A stretch of DNA of 64,000 nt from Fibrobacter sp. (GCA_024398845.1 JAKSIM010000001.1:3558-67557), one strand, 5' to 3'. Positions 1 through 9,564 are shown, counted from the first letter of the stretch. Numbers and translations: made by a program. The notes: generated from the sequence alone by a model not told the origin.

Positions 1-251
1 CGGATACCGCCACCCACGGCAAACGGGATAAACACGCGCTTAGCAATCTCACGAATCATTTCCATATCGCACGGACGATTTTCCGCACTCGCGGTGATAT
101 CATAAAAAACAAGCTCGTCGACACCATCGTCGCTATAACGGGCACCCATTTCCACGGGGTCGCCAATGTCGATATTTCCCTTAAATTTCACGCCCTTCGT
201 CACCTTGCGGTCACGAACATCCAGGCACACAATCAAACGTTTTGTAAGCAT
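1..251 (-). CDS. hisF: imidazole glycerol phosphate synthase cyclase subunit (5' part; runs off the window edge)
   Basis: Manual minus-strand translation from ATG at 251: [23 protein letters not shown]...GDPVE...[11 protein letters not shown]...[10 protein letters not shown], the HisF N-terminus. Confidence 0.96.
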   Translation of the reverse strand, partial: MLTKRLIVCLDVRDRKVTKGVKFKGNIDIGDPVEMGARYSDDGVDELVFYDITASAENRPCDMEMIREIAKRVFIPFAVGGGI

Positions 252-264
252 AGCCTAAAAATAG

Positions 265-289
265 AAAAAAGCCCGCAACTTGCGGGCTT
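265..289 (-). terminator. intrinsic terminator of trxA
   Basis: Minus strand reads AAGCCCGCAA-G-TTGCGGGCTT then TTTT, just after the trxA stop. Confidence 0.85.
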
Positions 290-299
290 CCTTGCTAAA

Positions 300-623
300 C
301 TAGAGGTTCTTGTCGATGGCGCCCTTCAAGGTGGCCTTTGGCACGGCACCTACCACATTGCCGACCTCAACGCCGTTCTTGAACAGCTTCATGTTCGGAA
401 TGTTCGTGATGCCAAAACGAGTGCAAATATCTCTACAACCGTCGCCATCTACGTCCATCTTGGCGATAATAGCCTTGCCGTTATATTCATCGGCAAGTTC
501 ATCGACAATCGGGCCCATCATTTGGCACGGACGGCACCAGGTAGCCCAAAAGTCAACAAAGACCAACTGGCCAGAGCTAATAGCCTTATCAAAATTTTCT
601 GCAGTTAAGTGAATCGCAGCCAT
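300..623 (-). CDS. trxA: thioredoxin
   Basis: 107 aa; VDFWATWCRPC active site; cis-Pro loop (NIPN); GGAG SD upstream. Confidence 0.95.
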   Translation of the reverse strand: MAAIHLTAENFDKAISSGQLVFVDFWATWCRPCQMMGPIVDELADEYNGKAIIAKMDVDGDGCRDICTRFGITNIPNMKLFKNGVEVGNVVGAVPKATLKGAIDKNL

Positions 624-659
624 GTTTTGTTCTCCAATACTACCCTAAATATAGCAATT

Positions 660-1367
660 TTAGAACGCATATCCTATACTAAAATTACCAGTATAGCCCC
701 AACCAACTGTAGAGGCTTCTTCTATGTCATCACGGAATTCACCCTTTGCCGAAGCATAAACATAACTCAAACCAATGTCAGAAGCCATGGTAAAGTGTCC
801 GACAACTATTTTATAGCCAGCTACAAGAGCCCCTCCAAAAGCATTCGCCGAAACATCCATATCTTCCTTATCGTTGCCTGCGTAATGATAATCAAGACCC
901 AAATGCTCGTAAATAAACTGGGGTTCCACATAAAGCCCCTTATGATGAGCTCCAAAGTAATAACGAATACCTTCTGTTATACCAAAAATGTAAAGGGAAA
1001 CGTCTTCATTAAAGGATGTATTACGGCCTCCTACAGTACGGCTATCACTCCAGTAAAGGAATTCCGGATGAGTGACAACAGAAAAACTCGGTCCAATGCA
1101 GCCTTCAAAAGTAACCTGAACATCAGGAATATCAAAAATGCTCCACCAAAAAAGCAATGTAACCGGGTGCAACGACACGTAAAAAACCGGGTCCGAGCTA
1201 GCCACTTCATTGATGGTCACGGTCGGAGTTTCTGGAGCCGGAGCACCAGACGTATAGGCCGACATGTCAACATAACCAGTCTGTTCAGCTGACGTCGGAG
1301 CATTAACATCTTGGGCAAAGTTAAAAGCAACCATTGCCAAAACAAAAATAAACCATTTTTTTAACAT
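660..1367 (-). CDS. outer-membrane beta-barrel protein (DUF3575-like)
   Basis: Signal peptide; amphipathic strands (GIRYYF, GLYVEPQF); C-terminal IGYAF; AGGAGG SD. Confidence 0.65.
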   Translation of the reverse strand: MLKKWFIFVLAMVAFNFAQDVNAPTSAEQTGYVDMSAYTSGAPAPETPTVTINEVASSDPVFYVSLHPVTLLFWWSIFDIPDVQVTFEGCIGPSFSVVTHPEFLYWSDSRTVGGRNTSFNEDVSLYIFGITEGIRYYFGAHHKGLYVEPQFIYEHLGLDYHYAGNDKEDMDVSANAFGGALVAGYKIVVGHFTMASDIGLSYVYASAKGEFRDDIEEASTVGWGYTGNFSIGYAF

Positions 1368-1397
1368 AATATTTCCTCCTGATTTATCCGGAGAAAT

Positions 1398-3050
1398 CTA
1401 ATAAATTAAACGTAGTTCGTCTACAATTAAAGTGGCTCCCTTTATTCCATTATAGAAGTTCCCTGCCGCGCTGGACGCCATCACCACGCGAATGTGGGTC
1501 ACAGCCTCGGTTCCATCCCCCTGGACAAGGGCATTATTTATGGCTTTTTTCTCAGAAGAACGTAAAGATTCAGCAAAAATCGAGGAATTTTCAATAGGCG
1601 ACCCCTCTAGCGGGTCCCCATAAGTCAACTTCAAGCGAATGGTGCGCATGCCGTTCGCATCCTTCTCCGACACTGATACCACGTCCGGATTTTCGCGACC
1701 CGAGTTATCGTCCGATGTCGAACGGTACCAGGCCGAAGCGACCAGTTTATTCACATCCGAACTGGACCGGTTGGTATTTTTATCGCCGGTACGATTTTCA
1801 AGCAGCACATACAAGTCGCAGCTATCCGTCTTGCCCGTATAAGAGAACACGAATTCCACATACTCAGGGCGCGCATTGAACTTGCGGCCAAAATTGATGA
1901 GTTCATTGCCATCCGGCCAGGTCTTGGCGCTCGCCATGGCTAACGTTCCCACCCCATTCGGGTTAAAGTCCGCCGTGTAGAGGCTTCCGCTAGCCACCTT
2001 AGACAACACTTCAGTCGTTTCCATCATGGCACCAATCATGCTCCCAGAGGCGTACTTCGTCGTCGTGGTCACAATGGTGTTGGCATTATTCCAAATGCTA
2101 TCGGGCTTCGGGTCATTCTTATTCCAACTGTTAAAATCGGAGCCAGGCAGCTGGTAACCAGCCTTCACGGTGTACGTCTTTTTTGCGCCGTCCTCGTTTG
2201 TCACAGTCACCGTCTTATTATCGCTAAAATCGTAGGTCTCGTTCAATTCAATGTCACAAGAGGCGCCCTCCGAAAGCGTCAATTCCGTCACTTCCAAATC
2301 AGTCAGGTCTGCGCGGAACGTCACGGAATCTACATGGAAGTGATAATTCATGCCGTCTTCCGTTTCAACGCTATCCAACCGGGCCGAGACACCCGCAATG
2401 CCAAGCGAAATGATTTCCGGAGCAGAGCTTTCATCGGAATCCTCATCATCAGGCTCATCATCATCAGGTTTTTCGTCATCGGGTTCATCCTTGGAATCGC
2501 TAGATTTCGCCATGCTGCTTGAGCTTGCCTTTGTAGAACTGCTGGATTTTGCCGTCGACGAACTGCCCGCCTTTTTCGAAGAACTGCTCGCGGGTTTCGC
2601 TTCGGGCACATCGAACTCTATTTTCCAAATGCTGGGCACACCACTTTCAGAAACGACCACCACATACACTTCTTTTGACTCCGGGATTTTTATTTTGTCT
2701 CCACTTTTAAGAGACTTGCCCACATACGAAACTTCACGTGCCAAGGAATCTAACGCAGCAGAGTCCGTCGGGAAATCACCCCAATCGCCCTTTACCAAAT
2801 GAAGCGTCGCAAAGTGGCTCATATTCACAAAGTCAATTTCCACGGAATCCCAAGCGGCATCTTCGTCTTCCAATTCCGTAAGGGCCACCTGAATTCTATG
2901 TTCTCCCGAATACACCGACACAGATCCTTCTTGATCCACAAATCCAATGTCGTCCATCGTATTGTAATCGGATTCACCAAACGTATCGTAATCCGCAGAG
3001 CAACTTGCAAGCACAAAGGCAAGGGATGCAGACATCAAAAGCTTTTTCAT
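1398..3050 (-). CDS. lipoprotein with C-terminal PCMD (putative carbohydrate metabolism) domain
   Basis: Lipobox LASC; Ser-rich/acidic linker; C-terminal motifs GSLYT, RPEYVEFVFSY, THIRVVMASS, TLIVDELRLIY typical of PCMD. Confidence 0.8.
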   Translation of the reverse strand: MKKLLMSASLAFVLASCSADYDTFGESDYNTMDDIGFVDQEGSVSVYSGEHRIQVALTELEDEDAAWDSVEIDFVNMSHFATLHLVKGDWGDFPTDSAALDSLAREVSYVGKSLKSGDKIKIPESKEVYVVVVSESGVPSIWKIEFDVPEAKPASSSSKKAGSSSTAKSSSSTKASSSSMAKSSDSKDEPDDEKPDDDEPDDEDSDESSAPEIISLGIAGVSARLDSVETEDGMNYHFHVDSVTFRADLTDLEVTELTLSEGASCDIELNETYDFSDNKTVTVTNEDGAKKTYTVKAGYQLPGSDFNSWNKNDPKPDSIWNNANTIVTTTTKYASGSMIGAMMETTEVLSKVASGSLYTADFNPNGVGTLAMASAKTWPDGNELINFGRKFNARPEYVEFVFSYTGKTDSCDLYVLLENRTGDKNTNRSSSDVNKLVASAWYRSTSDDNSGRENPDVVSVSEKDANGMRTIRLKLTYGDPLEGSPIENSSIFAESLRSSEKKAINNALVQGDGTEAVTHIRVVMASSAAGNFYNGIKGATLIVDELRLIY

Positions 3051-3062
3051 ACCCTATACCCC

Positions 3063-3818
3063 CTAAAAGAAATAGACTAACGAAAAGTCAAGAGCCAACA
3101 AGTTGATGGTAAAATTCACAATGTTGTAATTGAGTTCACTGTGCGTTTCGCCATTTTCTTCAACTTCCATAATTGTTGAACTCAAGCCCAAAAGCCCTAC
3201 GGATGTTTCAAACGCAAAACGATTCAGCACCATAATGCACAATCCCGGATTTAAGCCCGCCTCAATCGTCCATGATCTGTTGCGCGACTTGTTGACATCT
3301 TCACCATCATCCGTCTGCGAAATACCATACGAATATTCTACCGAAATTGACGTTTCGTTAAAAAAGTAAATAACGCTGGAATCAAAAACCTTCAAATAAT
3401 TTTTGAGGAACGGCTGTACAAAAAATCCATTGCTTACATACTGGCGACGTTCGGCCACATCCATCAAGTCTTCCATGAGCGCAAAGTCGATATCGAACCA
3501 CGTTCTAGAATAGCCCGCATGGGCACCAAACGCAATGGCGTCACGCCAAAAGTAACCGCCAAAAAGTTCCGCCGTAAAAGTATAGCCCTCGCCGTCGTAC
3601 AAATCGCCAATCAAAATATTCAAAGCATCGTCTTCAGATTGCGCCTGTATCAAAGAAAGCGTGGCGCCACCAAAAATGCGTCCCTTGGCAATGGCTTCAT
3701 CCGGGCGCACTGGGATAAGTCCATCCAGCAAACCGCCAGACTTTTTAGCCGGCTGCCCCTCTGCAAGCGCCATACCCAACAATGCCAAAACCGTGATAAA
3801 AAAAAATTTAATATTCAT
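3063..3818 (-). CDS. outer-membrane beta-barrel protein
   Basis: Signal peptide; GGYFWRD-type strands; C-terminal aromatic LVYFF. Confidence 0.7.
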   Translation of the reverse strand: MNIKFFFITVLALLGMALAEGQPAKKSGGLLDGLIPVRPDEAIAKGRIFGGATLSLIQAQSEDDALNILIGDLYDGEGYTFTAELFGGYFWRDAIAFGAHAGYSRTWFDIDFALMEDLMDVAERRQYVSNGFFVQPFLKNYLKVFDSSVIYFFNETSISVEYSYGISQTDDGEDVNKSRNRSWTIEAGLNPGLCIMVLNRFAFETSVGLLGLSSTIMEVEENGETHSELNYNIVNFTINLLALDFSLVYFF

Positions 3819-3834
3819 ACCATAAAAATAACAG

Positions 3835-3853
3835 AAAAACCCCTAAAGGGGTA
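3835..3853 (-). terminator. possible weak terminator after the DUF1007 gene
   Basis: Minus strand ACCCC-TTTA-GGGGT followed by TTTT. Confidence 0.4.
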
Positions 3854-3878
3854 TCTTATTTTATACAAGTGATATTGC

Positions 3879-4475
3879 TTACTTAGTTTTGAACCTTACA
3901 AAAAGGCCCTTGATGTCCGAACGAAACGGTCTAAAAAGTGTAAGACCATCTAAATTATCGGCAAAGTATTCCACCACTATATTCGAAGGAGCCTCAGCAC
4001 CCGAGGAATCCATATCGGTGGTCATTGACATATAATTTGTTTGGTCATTCACCACAATCACAAGCATCGTGTAATCAGCAGTCACGGGAACCGTGAATTC
4101 CACCAAAAAATCAAACACCAGGTGCCCATTTTCCATAAAAGCCTTGAAGTTCAGAATCTTTTGAGCCTTAATAAAATCCGATGAAACAAGGACATAATTA
4201 TGGTAATTGTTTTTCGCAAGATCATCCACAACGGTCTTTTTTAGCCATTCGCACTCTTTTTTTGACAAGATTCCATCACCATTTTTGTCAGCAGACGCAA
4301 AGGTAGACTCACTATATTCTTCGTCAAACGACCAAAAATTATGTATTCCCGCAAGGCCCTTCTCATTAAAAACGGCATTAACCCGCACATCGGCAAAAAA
4401 GTCAGGATGCGCCAAAACTGGCATGGCAAGCCATACCAGCAAGGTGAAAAATGTAAAAGCAAATCGGCGCAACAA
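3879..4475 (-). CDS. DUF1007 family periplasmic protein
   Basis: Signal peptide ending AHP; WSFDEEYS and DKNGDGILSKKE segments resemble DUF1007. Confidence 0.7.
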   Translation of the reverse strand: MLRRFAFTFFTLLVWLAMPVLAHPDFFADVRVNAVFNEKGLAGIHNFWSFDEEYSESTFASADKNGDGILSKKECEWLKKTVVDDLAKNNYHNYVLVSSDFIKAQKILNFKAFMENGHLVFDFLVEFTVPVTADYTMLVIVVNDQTNYMSMTTDMDSSGAEAPSNIVVEYFADNLDGLTLFRPFRSDIKGLFVRFKTK

Positions 4476-4487
4476 GCGATCCCGGTG

Positions 4488-6104
4488 CTAGAAAGCGAGG
4501 ATTATACCTGCAGTCAAAAGACCCAAGCCTAGAGCGCCAAGGCCACCGGCAATAATGCCCTTAACATCGCCACTATGGTTCAAGTCGTGGTTGTCCTTGA
4601 CCATCTTTTGGGTATCGGCGCTGGCAAAGGCGCTTCTGTTATAAGACTTCTTTTTGGCAGCGGCGTCGCTCCAGTTGCGTTCGGCCAGGTACCACATTAC
4701 CCCACCCGCAATAATCGGAGCGATAGACCCCCACAAGAGTCCACGTCCAATGCGGCGCTGGCGTCGTTCGGCATTAAAGGCCTTTTGCTGTTCAATGAAT
4801 TCCAGGTCATCGAGCACCGGAACCATTTCGACGTTCACCACGTTCGGCATGTACGCCTTGATTTCGGTCGTAATCGTCGTATCGCGGTAACCAACTTTAC
4901 GCAAGTAGAGGTTCACCGACGGTTGCGGCTTAATGTTTTCAACAACAACGTCCGTCATGTAATCCGGGAAAATATTCTCGGTCGGGACCTCGTTAATAAA
5001 GACTTCCACGGCTTCGGGGTCCGTATTGAGCGTAAGCCTTGTAGATGGACGTTGCACCGGAATTTCCACCTTGTTCAGGCTATCGGCGTTAATACGAATC
5101 ACCGTAGAGCCCCACCATTCCACGTCCTTCAAAACGCGCATCACCGAGATAGTGTACTTGCCCGGACGGATATTCTTGATGGTATCAGGCGCCACCTGCT
5201 TTAGCGGAATGCCGTTCACGAACAAGGAACAAGCTTCCGGATTCGAAACCACCAGCAAATTGGCGTTACCGGCGGGGTAAAGTTCCATCTTTTCTTCTTC
5301 CTCAACAATCACAGGCACAACGTAATTCGAGAGAGAGAGGTCAATCATCACGTTGTCTTCGAGGTTAAAGAGGCGCTTCAGATTCAAGCGGAAAATCTTG
5401 ATGTACGGATTCGCCTGAGCGGCTTCGATACTATCCTGAATATCGCGCTGACGAATCTGCTCTTCGACCTTCGCGATTTCTTCCATCTTTAAACGGGTAT
5501 CTTCCTTGGCGAGGGCGGCTTCCAAGTCATCCGCGGCATCCTGGGCCAGTTCTTCGGCAGCAGCACGAGCGGCAATAGCGGAATCACTCTGGGCAGCCAT
5601 AGAATCCTTCACGGCATCCGTCATGATGACTTCAGCAGTATCCTTCTTTATTTCGGCTTCCTCGAATTCGTCTTCCTCCTCGACTTCCTGACCATTGCTC
5701 TCTTGCAGGGCAATGCTTGCCTTATCGGCAATCTTTTCGAGTTTCTTGAGGTCAGCCTCAGTCGGAGCCTTCATGTAAACCGTATCGTTTTCAATCTTCA
5801 CAAAAATGGCTTCAAGTTCCACCGAGTCACCGGCGACCCAGTAACGCACAGGAACTTCCCTAGAAGTCGGGGCAGCGGCAACAGAAGATGTCGGGGGAAC
5901 CGAAGAAGAGGAAACCGCAGCAGCAGGTTGAGCGGCATTTTCGGCAGGCTGCGCCGCATCTCCCTCAGCAGCCTGAGGCGCAACTTCGACCACAGGTTCA
6001 GCCGATTCTTGAGCCGGGGCAGCATCATTCCAGTCATCATTTTGAGCCCAGGCGGGCAAAACCGCCGCCAAGGATAAAAACAAAGGTAAAATTCTGTTAA
6101 TCAT
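4488..6104 (-). CDS. PEGA-domain protein with C-terminal membrane anchor
   Basis: Signal peptide; two PEGA-like repeats (LLVVSNPEACSLFVNG; LNTDPEAVEVFINE); hydrophobic C-terminus. Confidence 0.75.
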   Translation of the reverse strand: MINRILPLFLSLAAVLPAWAQNDDWNDAAPAQESAEPVVEVAPQAAEGDAAQPAENAAQPAAAVSSSSVPPTSSVAAAPTSREVPVRYWVAGDSVELEAIFVKIENDTVYMKAPTEADLKKLEKIADKASIALQESNGQEVEEEDEFEEAEIKKDTAEVIMTDAVKDSMAAQSDSAIAARAAAEELAQDAADDLEAALAKEDTRLKMEEIAKVEEQIRQRDIQDSIEAAQANPYIKIFRLNLKRLFNLEDNVMIDLSLSNYVVPVIVEEEEKMELYPAGNANLLVVSNPEACSLFVNGIPLKQVAPDTIKNIRPGKYTISVMRVLKDVEWWGSTVIRINADSLNKVEIPVQRPSTRLTLNTDPEAVEVFINEVPTENIFPDYMTDVVVENIKPQPSVNLYLRKVGYRDTTITTEIKAYMPNVVNVEMVPVLDDLEFIEQQKAFNAERRQRRIGRGLLWGSIAPIIAGGVMWYLAERNWSDAAAKKKSYNRSAFASADTQKMVKDNHDLNHSGDVKGIIAGGLGALGLGLLTAGIILAF

Positions 6105-6148
6105 ATCATAAAGATATATAAAAACAGGGAAAGAGGAACATTATTCAG

Positions 6149-6913
6149 TTACGCAGAACGTTTCCTAAGCTTCGCACAATAAATAGGGCCAGAACCTAAA
6201 GTCCTATCGGGCAAAATATGCACGCCAAACTCCGTACGATCAGCCCCTTCGGGCAATATTTCAATTTGTACGAACTCCATGGACGGGCGTTTTTTTAGAA
6301 TTTTGGCCACCACAGCGTCATTTTCGAGCGGAGCAAGGGCACAAGTCCCGTAAATAAGCTCTCCACCCGGGCGAAGCGCATCGACTGCCGAAGCCAACAG
6401 CGACCCTTGTTCCACAGAAAGCCTCTTCACACGCTTGCTGGACCATTCGGCCAGGTAGGTCGGCGAGGCCAACACGTGCCTGTCCGACGAGCACGGCGCA
6501 TCCAGCAGAATCCTATCGTAAGATTCCTTTTTATGGAGCCCGAACTTTACACCGTCATAGCCGGTAACGCTAATAATGGAGCGCCATTCCGCAGGGAGCG
6601 AATTTTCGAGCACATGCGAAAGCCTCAGACGGCGGTCCGGAGAACGGTCATTGCACTGGAGGCTACCTTCCCCTTTGAGCATCGACGCTATTACAAGGGA
6701 TTTCCCCCCTGGAGCGGCGCACATGTCCAGCACGTCCATTCCCGGTTCTACTGCAAGAGAACGTGCGGCAAAAACCGAGGCATCATCCAGGAAGTACGAT
6801 TCCAGTGAATCGCCAAACTTCAGTTCCACCGAACGGCTTTCGCCCTTAAGAGCCTCTAAAAGAGAGGGCCAGCGGTCACCATAAACTTGCTGAAAGTAAT
6901 CAAAGAATTCCAT
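6149..6913 (-). CDS. RsmB/NOP family RNA m5C methyltransferase (short form)
   Basis: DMCAAPGGKS, DAPCS and YGTC motifs. Confidence 0.9.
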   Translation of the reverse strand: MEFFDYFQQVYGDRWPSLLEALKGESRSVELKFGDSLESYFLDDASVFAARSLAVEPGMDVLDMCAAPGGKSLVIASMLKGEGSLQCNDRSPDRRLRLSHVLENSLPAEWRSIISVTGYDGVKFGLHKKESYDRILLDAPCSSDRHVLASPTYLAEWSSKRVKRLSVEQGSLLASAVDALRPGGELIYGTCALAPLENDAVVAKILKKRPSMEFVQIEILPEGADRTEFGVHILPDRTLGSGPIYCAKLRKRSA

Positions 6914-6927
6914 CGTTCCAATAATAG

Positions 6928-6951
6928 AAAAAGCCTCTCGAAAGAGAGGCT
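6928..6951 (-). terminator. terminator after tRNA-Gln
   Basis: Minus strand AGCCTCTC-TTTC-GAGAGGCT then TTTT. Confidence 0.85.
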
Positions 6952-6953
6952 AG

Positions 6954-7024
6954 TTGAGCTACCAGGATTCGAACCTAGACAAACAGAGTCAGAATCTGTT
7001 GTGCTACCGTTACACCATAGCTCA
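6954..7024 (-). tRNA. tRNA-Gln(CTG), CCA not encoded
   Basis: TGAGCTA/TAGCTCA acceptor stem; anticodon arm ACAGA-TTCTGAC-TCTGT; T-arm GGTTCGAATCC. Confidence 0.96.
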
Positions 7025-7079
7025 ATGTGCGCACAATTTTAGAAAAACTCTTTGAATTGTGCAAGGGGTATTTTGCAAA

Positions 7080-8480
7080 TTATTTTAACGTCGGAGGGGT
7101 GTAAGTCATCCATTGCTGGGACAAAGCGGCCCCTTCGGGCAATTCCACATTGATTAGAGTAACGTAAAGGTCAAGCGGAGTCTCTGCATCCTGGAGGGTA
7201 TTAATGACCTTGGTATCGCCAGAATAGAGAACCAATTCATGAACTCCAGACGGCAACTCGTTCATTTCCAGGGTATTGCAGGTAACACCACGTACAAAGT
7301 GGGACGATCCCTTGAAGCCCACAACCACGCTATTGACCATGCAGTTATTGGACTGGTTCGTATCGTTCTTGTCAATTACCAGGTTCACACCGCTAACAAT
7401 GCTCGAAAGCTTCGCAAGCGTGTCGTTACCAAGGAAAAGCGTGTCATTCTTGATGTTGACCTCGGAAGAATCCACATAGCGGCTAAAGCCTGCCTCGGCA
7501 GCCTCAGAATTCTTGGTAAGACGGTATTCCACACGGAAACTATCGTACGGAACCTCGGGAATCGGCATATACCAATAACCATCGCTATCTGTAGTGGTTT
7601 GCCCCACAAAGCCAAGGGAATCCCCATCGACAAAGCCAAAACCGTAAATATCGGTAACTACCTGAACCTCAACACCGGCACAGGCCTTACCGGACCTGCA
7701 GTAAACGCGGCCCGAAATGCGAGAAGTTTGTTCAAGATTCTTTTCTTCGGCCTTTATAATGGAATCCACATTCACGTTCGGGCTCCAAATAAACGGACCG
7801 GCAGCCAAGGTATCTCCAGATTCGACCTCCTTAGCCATATTCCATGTACGGTAAATGAGGGAATCGGCAACTTCGGAATTCTGCAACTTAGAGACCAACT
7901 GCGGGTCACCCGGACTGAAGGTGAACATCCACTGTCCCGCAGGAATCATCATCGAGAAGGAGTCCCCAGCAAACACGCTCTGGAAGAACGGAGTTCCCGG
8001 CATAAACACTCTAAAGTGAGAACCGACTGCCACCGCAGGTTCAGGCAATTCCTCGTAATAAAGAACGCTCTTGAAAATAGCGGCTTTTTCTAGCTGAATA
8101 CTGTCAAAGTCATGAGAACCAGACGTGGTGCTCGGCAAATAGGAGATTTCCTTAGCAACCGTATCGATAACGGCAAGCTGGAACGTATCGCCAACCGTCA
8201 CCGAAGAATCAAACGCAAAGGCGCCCATAGAGTCTGTCTGGGTTTCCACATATTCGGGAACATGGGTAGAATCGCTCTTCACGAGAACGCGGCGAGCCAT
8301 ACGGACCGTTGCACCAGAAGCATATTCACCATCGGTATTCGTGACCACGCCAGAAACAAAGGCTAGCGTGTTTCCCGTATCGGTAACCGTACCTGCCACC
8401 CCATTGTCCTTGCTATCGGAGCAGCCCAAGATAACGGCCATCGGGAGCACAAACGCCATAGAATACTTCAAAATTTTCAT
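7080..8480 (-). CDS. lipoprotein with carboxypeptidase-regulatory-like (prealbumin-fold) repeats
   Basis: Lipobox ILGC followed by VAGTVTDTGN; two SGxV...TDSxGxF/W modules; 4-nt overlap with the TIGR02147 gene. Confidence 0.7.
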   Translation of the reverse strand: MKILKYSMAFVLPMAVILGCSDSKDNGVAGTVTDTGNTLAFVSGVVTNTDGEYASGATVRMARRVLVKSDSTHVPEYVETQTDSMGAFAFDSSVTVGDTFQLAVIDTVAKEISYLPSTTSGSHDFDSIQLEKAAIFKSVLYYEELPEPAVAVGSHFRVFMPGTPFFQSVFAGDSFSMMIPAGQWMFTFSPGDPQLVSKLQNSEVADSLIYRTWNMAKEVESGDTLAAGPFIWSPNVNVDSIIKAEEKNLEQTSRISGRVYCRSGKACAGVEVQVVTDIYGFGFVDGDSLGFVGQTTTDSDGYWYMPIPEVPYDSFRVEYRLTKNSEAAEAGFSRYVDSSEVNIKNDTLFLGNDTLAKLSSIVSGVNLVIDKNDTNQSNNCMVNSVVVGFKGSSHFVRGVTCNTLEMNELPSGVHELVLYSGDTKVINTLQDAETPLDLYVTLINVELPEGAALSQQWMTYTPPTLK

Positions 8481-9334
8481 GTATTGTCCTCCTTATCAAC
8501 TTCCGGAGGAAGAATTGTCTTTTCTTTGCTCAATGGGAAAAACTGAATGTTCATCTCGCAAACCATAGATTCGCCCTCGTCAGAGCGAACAATATCCACA
8601 ATCTCCTTACGGAACAAATCAATCTTATTGATGATTCGTTCCAACCCCTGAGCCGACACGCTCATTGTCATACAAGATACATTTCTGCGCTCCGTGCTGT
8701 AAAAGTCCAGCGCATTTTTGCCCAAATCAATCATCTGTTTTTGGAACGGATGCACAAAAAGCGGGGCTATTTCGTTACCGCTAGCAATAGCCTTGTTCAC
8801 GGAACGATAAAAACCGTCTTCCGCGACCTCGATAAGGCCCAAATCAAGCAAAAGCTGAATAGACTGCTTGGCCTGCGGGAGAGTAATCTTTGGATTCAGG
8901 AACAATGCAAGTTCCTGGATATTCTTCTCGTTAATATTCAAGACCGCCAGGGCTTCGCGGACTACAACATAGTACCATTTGCTGTAGTATTCCTGCTGGT
9001 TCTTGGTAATAGTCTTGATGGTGCGCGGAAGTAGCGCCGACATCTGGTCAAAGATTTGCTGCTTGGAAGCAGCCGTGGTCGCGTGGGTAAAGTCCACCAT
9101 CAAGGCGAAATAGCGACCTTCACGCTCATTTAAGCCCAGAGCGTCTATGAACTTAGGCAACATTTGCGGTGTAAGCGACTTACGACCGCGAATCAAATCC
9201 AAATAAAAGCCCGAGGAAGAATACCCGGCCTTTTTAGCAAACGACCTGTACGAGAAATATCGTTGGACAGACTTACGGTACTCGTAGTAGTCCTGCAGGT
9301 ATTTGCGGTAGTTGTAATATGCATATACGTTCAT
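8477..9334 (-). CDS. TIGR02147 family protein (HTH-like N-terminus plus DUF4423-like C-terminus)
   Basis: YxNYRKYLQDYY, FSYRSFAKKAG, YYSKWYYVVVRE, C-terminal MNIQFFPLS; start moved to ATG 9334. Confidence 0.9.
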   Translation of the reverse strand: MNVYAYYNYRKYLQDYYEYRKSVQRYFSYRSFAKKAGYSSSGFYLDLIRGRKSLTPQMLPKFIDALGLNEREGRYFALMVDFTHATTAASKQQIFDQMSALLPRTIKTITKNQQEYYSKWYYVVVREALAVLNINEKNIQELALFLNPKITLPQAKQSIQLLLDLGLIEVAEDGFYRSVNKAIASGNEIAPLFVHPFQKQMIDLGKNALDFYSTERRNVSCMTMSVSAQGLERIINKIDLFRKEIVDIVRSDEGESMVCEMNIQFFPLSKEKTILPPEVDKEDNT

Positions 9335-9363
9335 CAAAACCAAAAATAATTTATTGTTTTTTT

Positions 9364-9512
9364 GGGAACAAGACTTGGAACGTAAAATTCCGGCATTCAA
9401 AGGAAAATGTGCGTTTTTTAACAAAATTTAGGGAACGTGTTGGGAACACTTTTGTGAACAACCGCAAAAAAAGTATACCCACTTAGCGAAAAATTGTCTA
9501 ACTTTAGGGAAC
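9364..9512. promoter_or_regulatory. phased GGGAAC direct repeats, candidate operator
   Basis: GGGAAC 9364, TGGAAC 9376, GGGAAC 9431, GGGAAC 9442, GTGAAC 9454, GGGAAC 9507. Confidence 0.45.
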
Positions 9513-9564
9513 ACCCAATCCCATCCCTCGGACCTCCGGTCGTACTCCTCCGGAGGTCCTTTTT
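9511..9564 (+). ncRNA. candidate small RNA A
   Basis: TAACTT box at 9499-9504; C-rich leader; perfect 10-bp stem GGACCTCCGG/CCGGAGGTCC then TTTTT; no + strand gene upstream to terminate. Confidence 0.45.

Noticed and set aside
1-251. hisF (and metH at the other end) as pseudogenes because they are missing from the ORF track
   Set aside because: Both are simply cut by the window edges; the visible parts translate to the expected motifs
6954-7024. tRNA-Gln as an island integration site
   Set aside because: No integrase, and no duplicated tRNA 3' end noticed in the window
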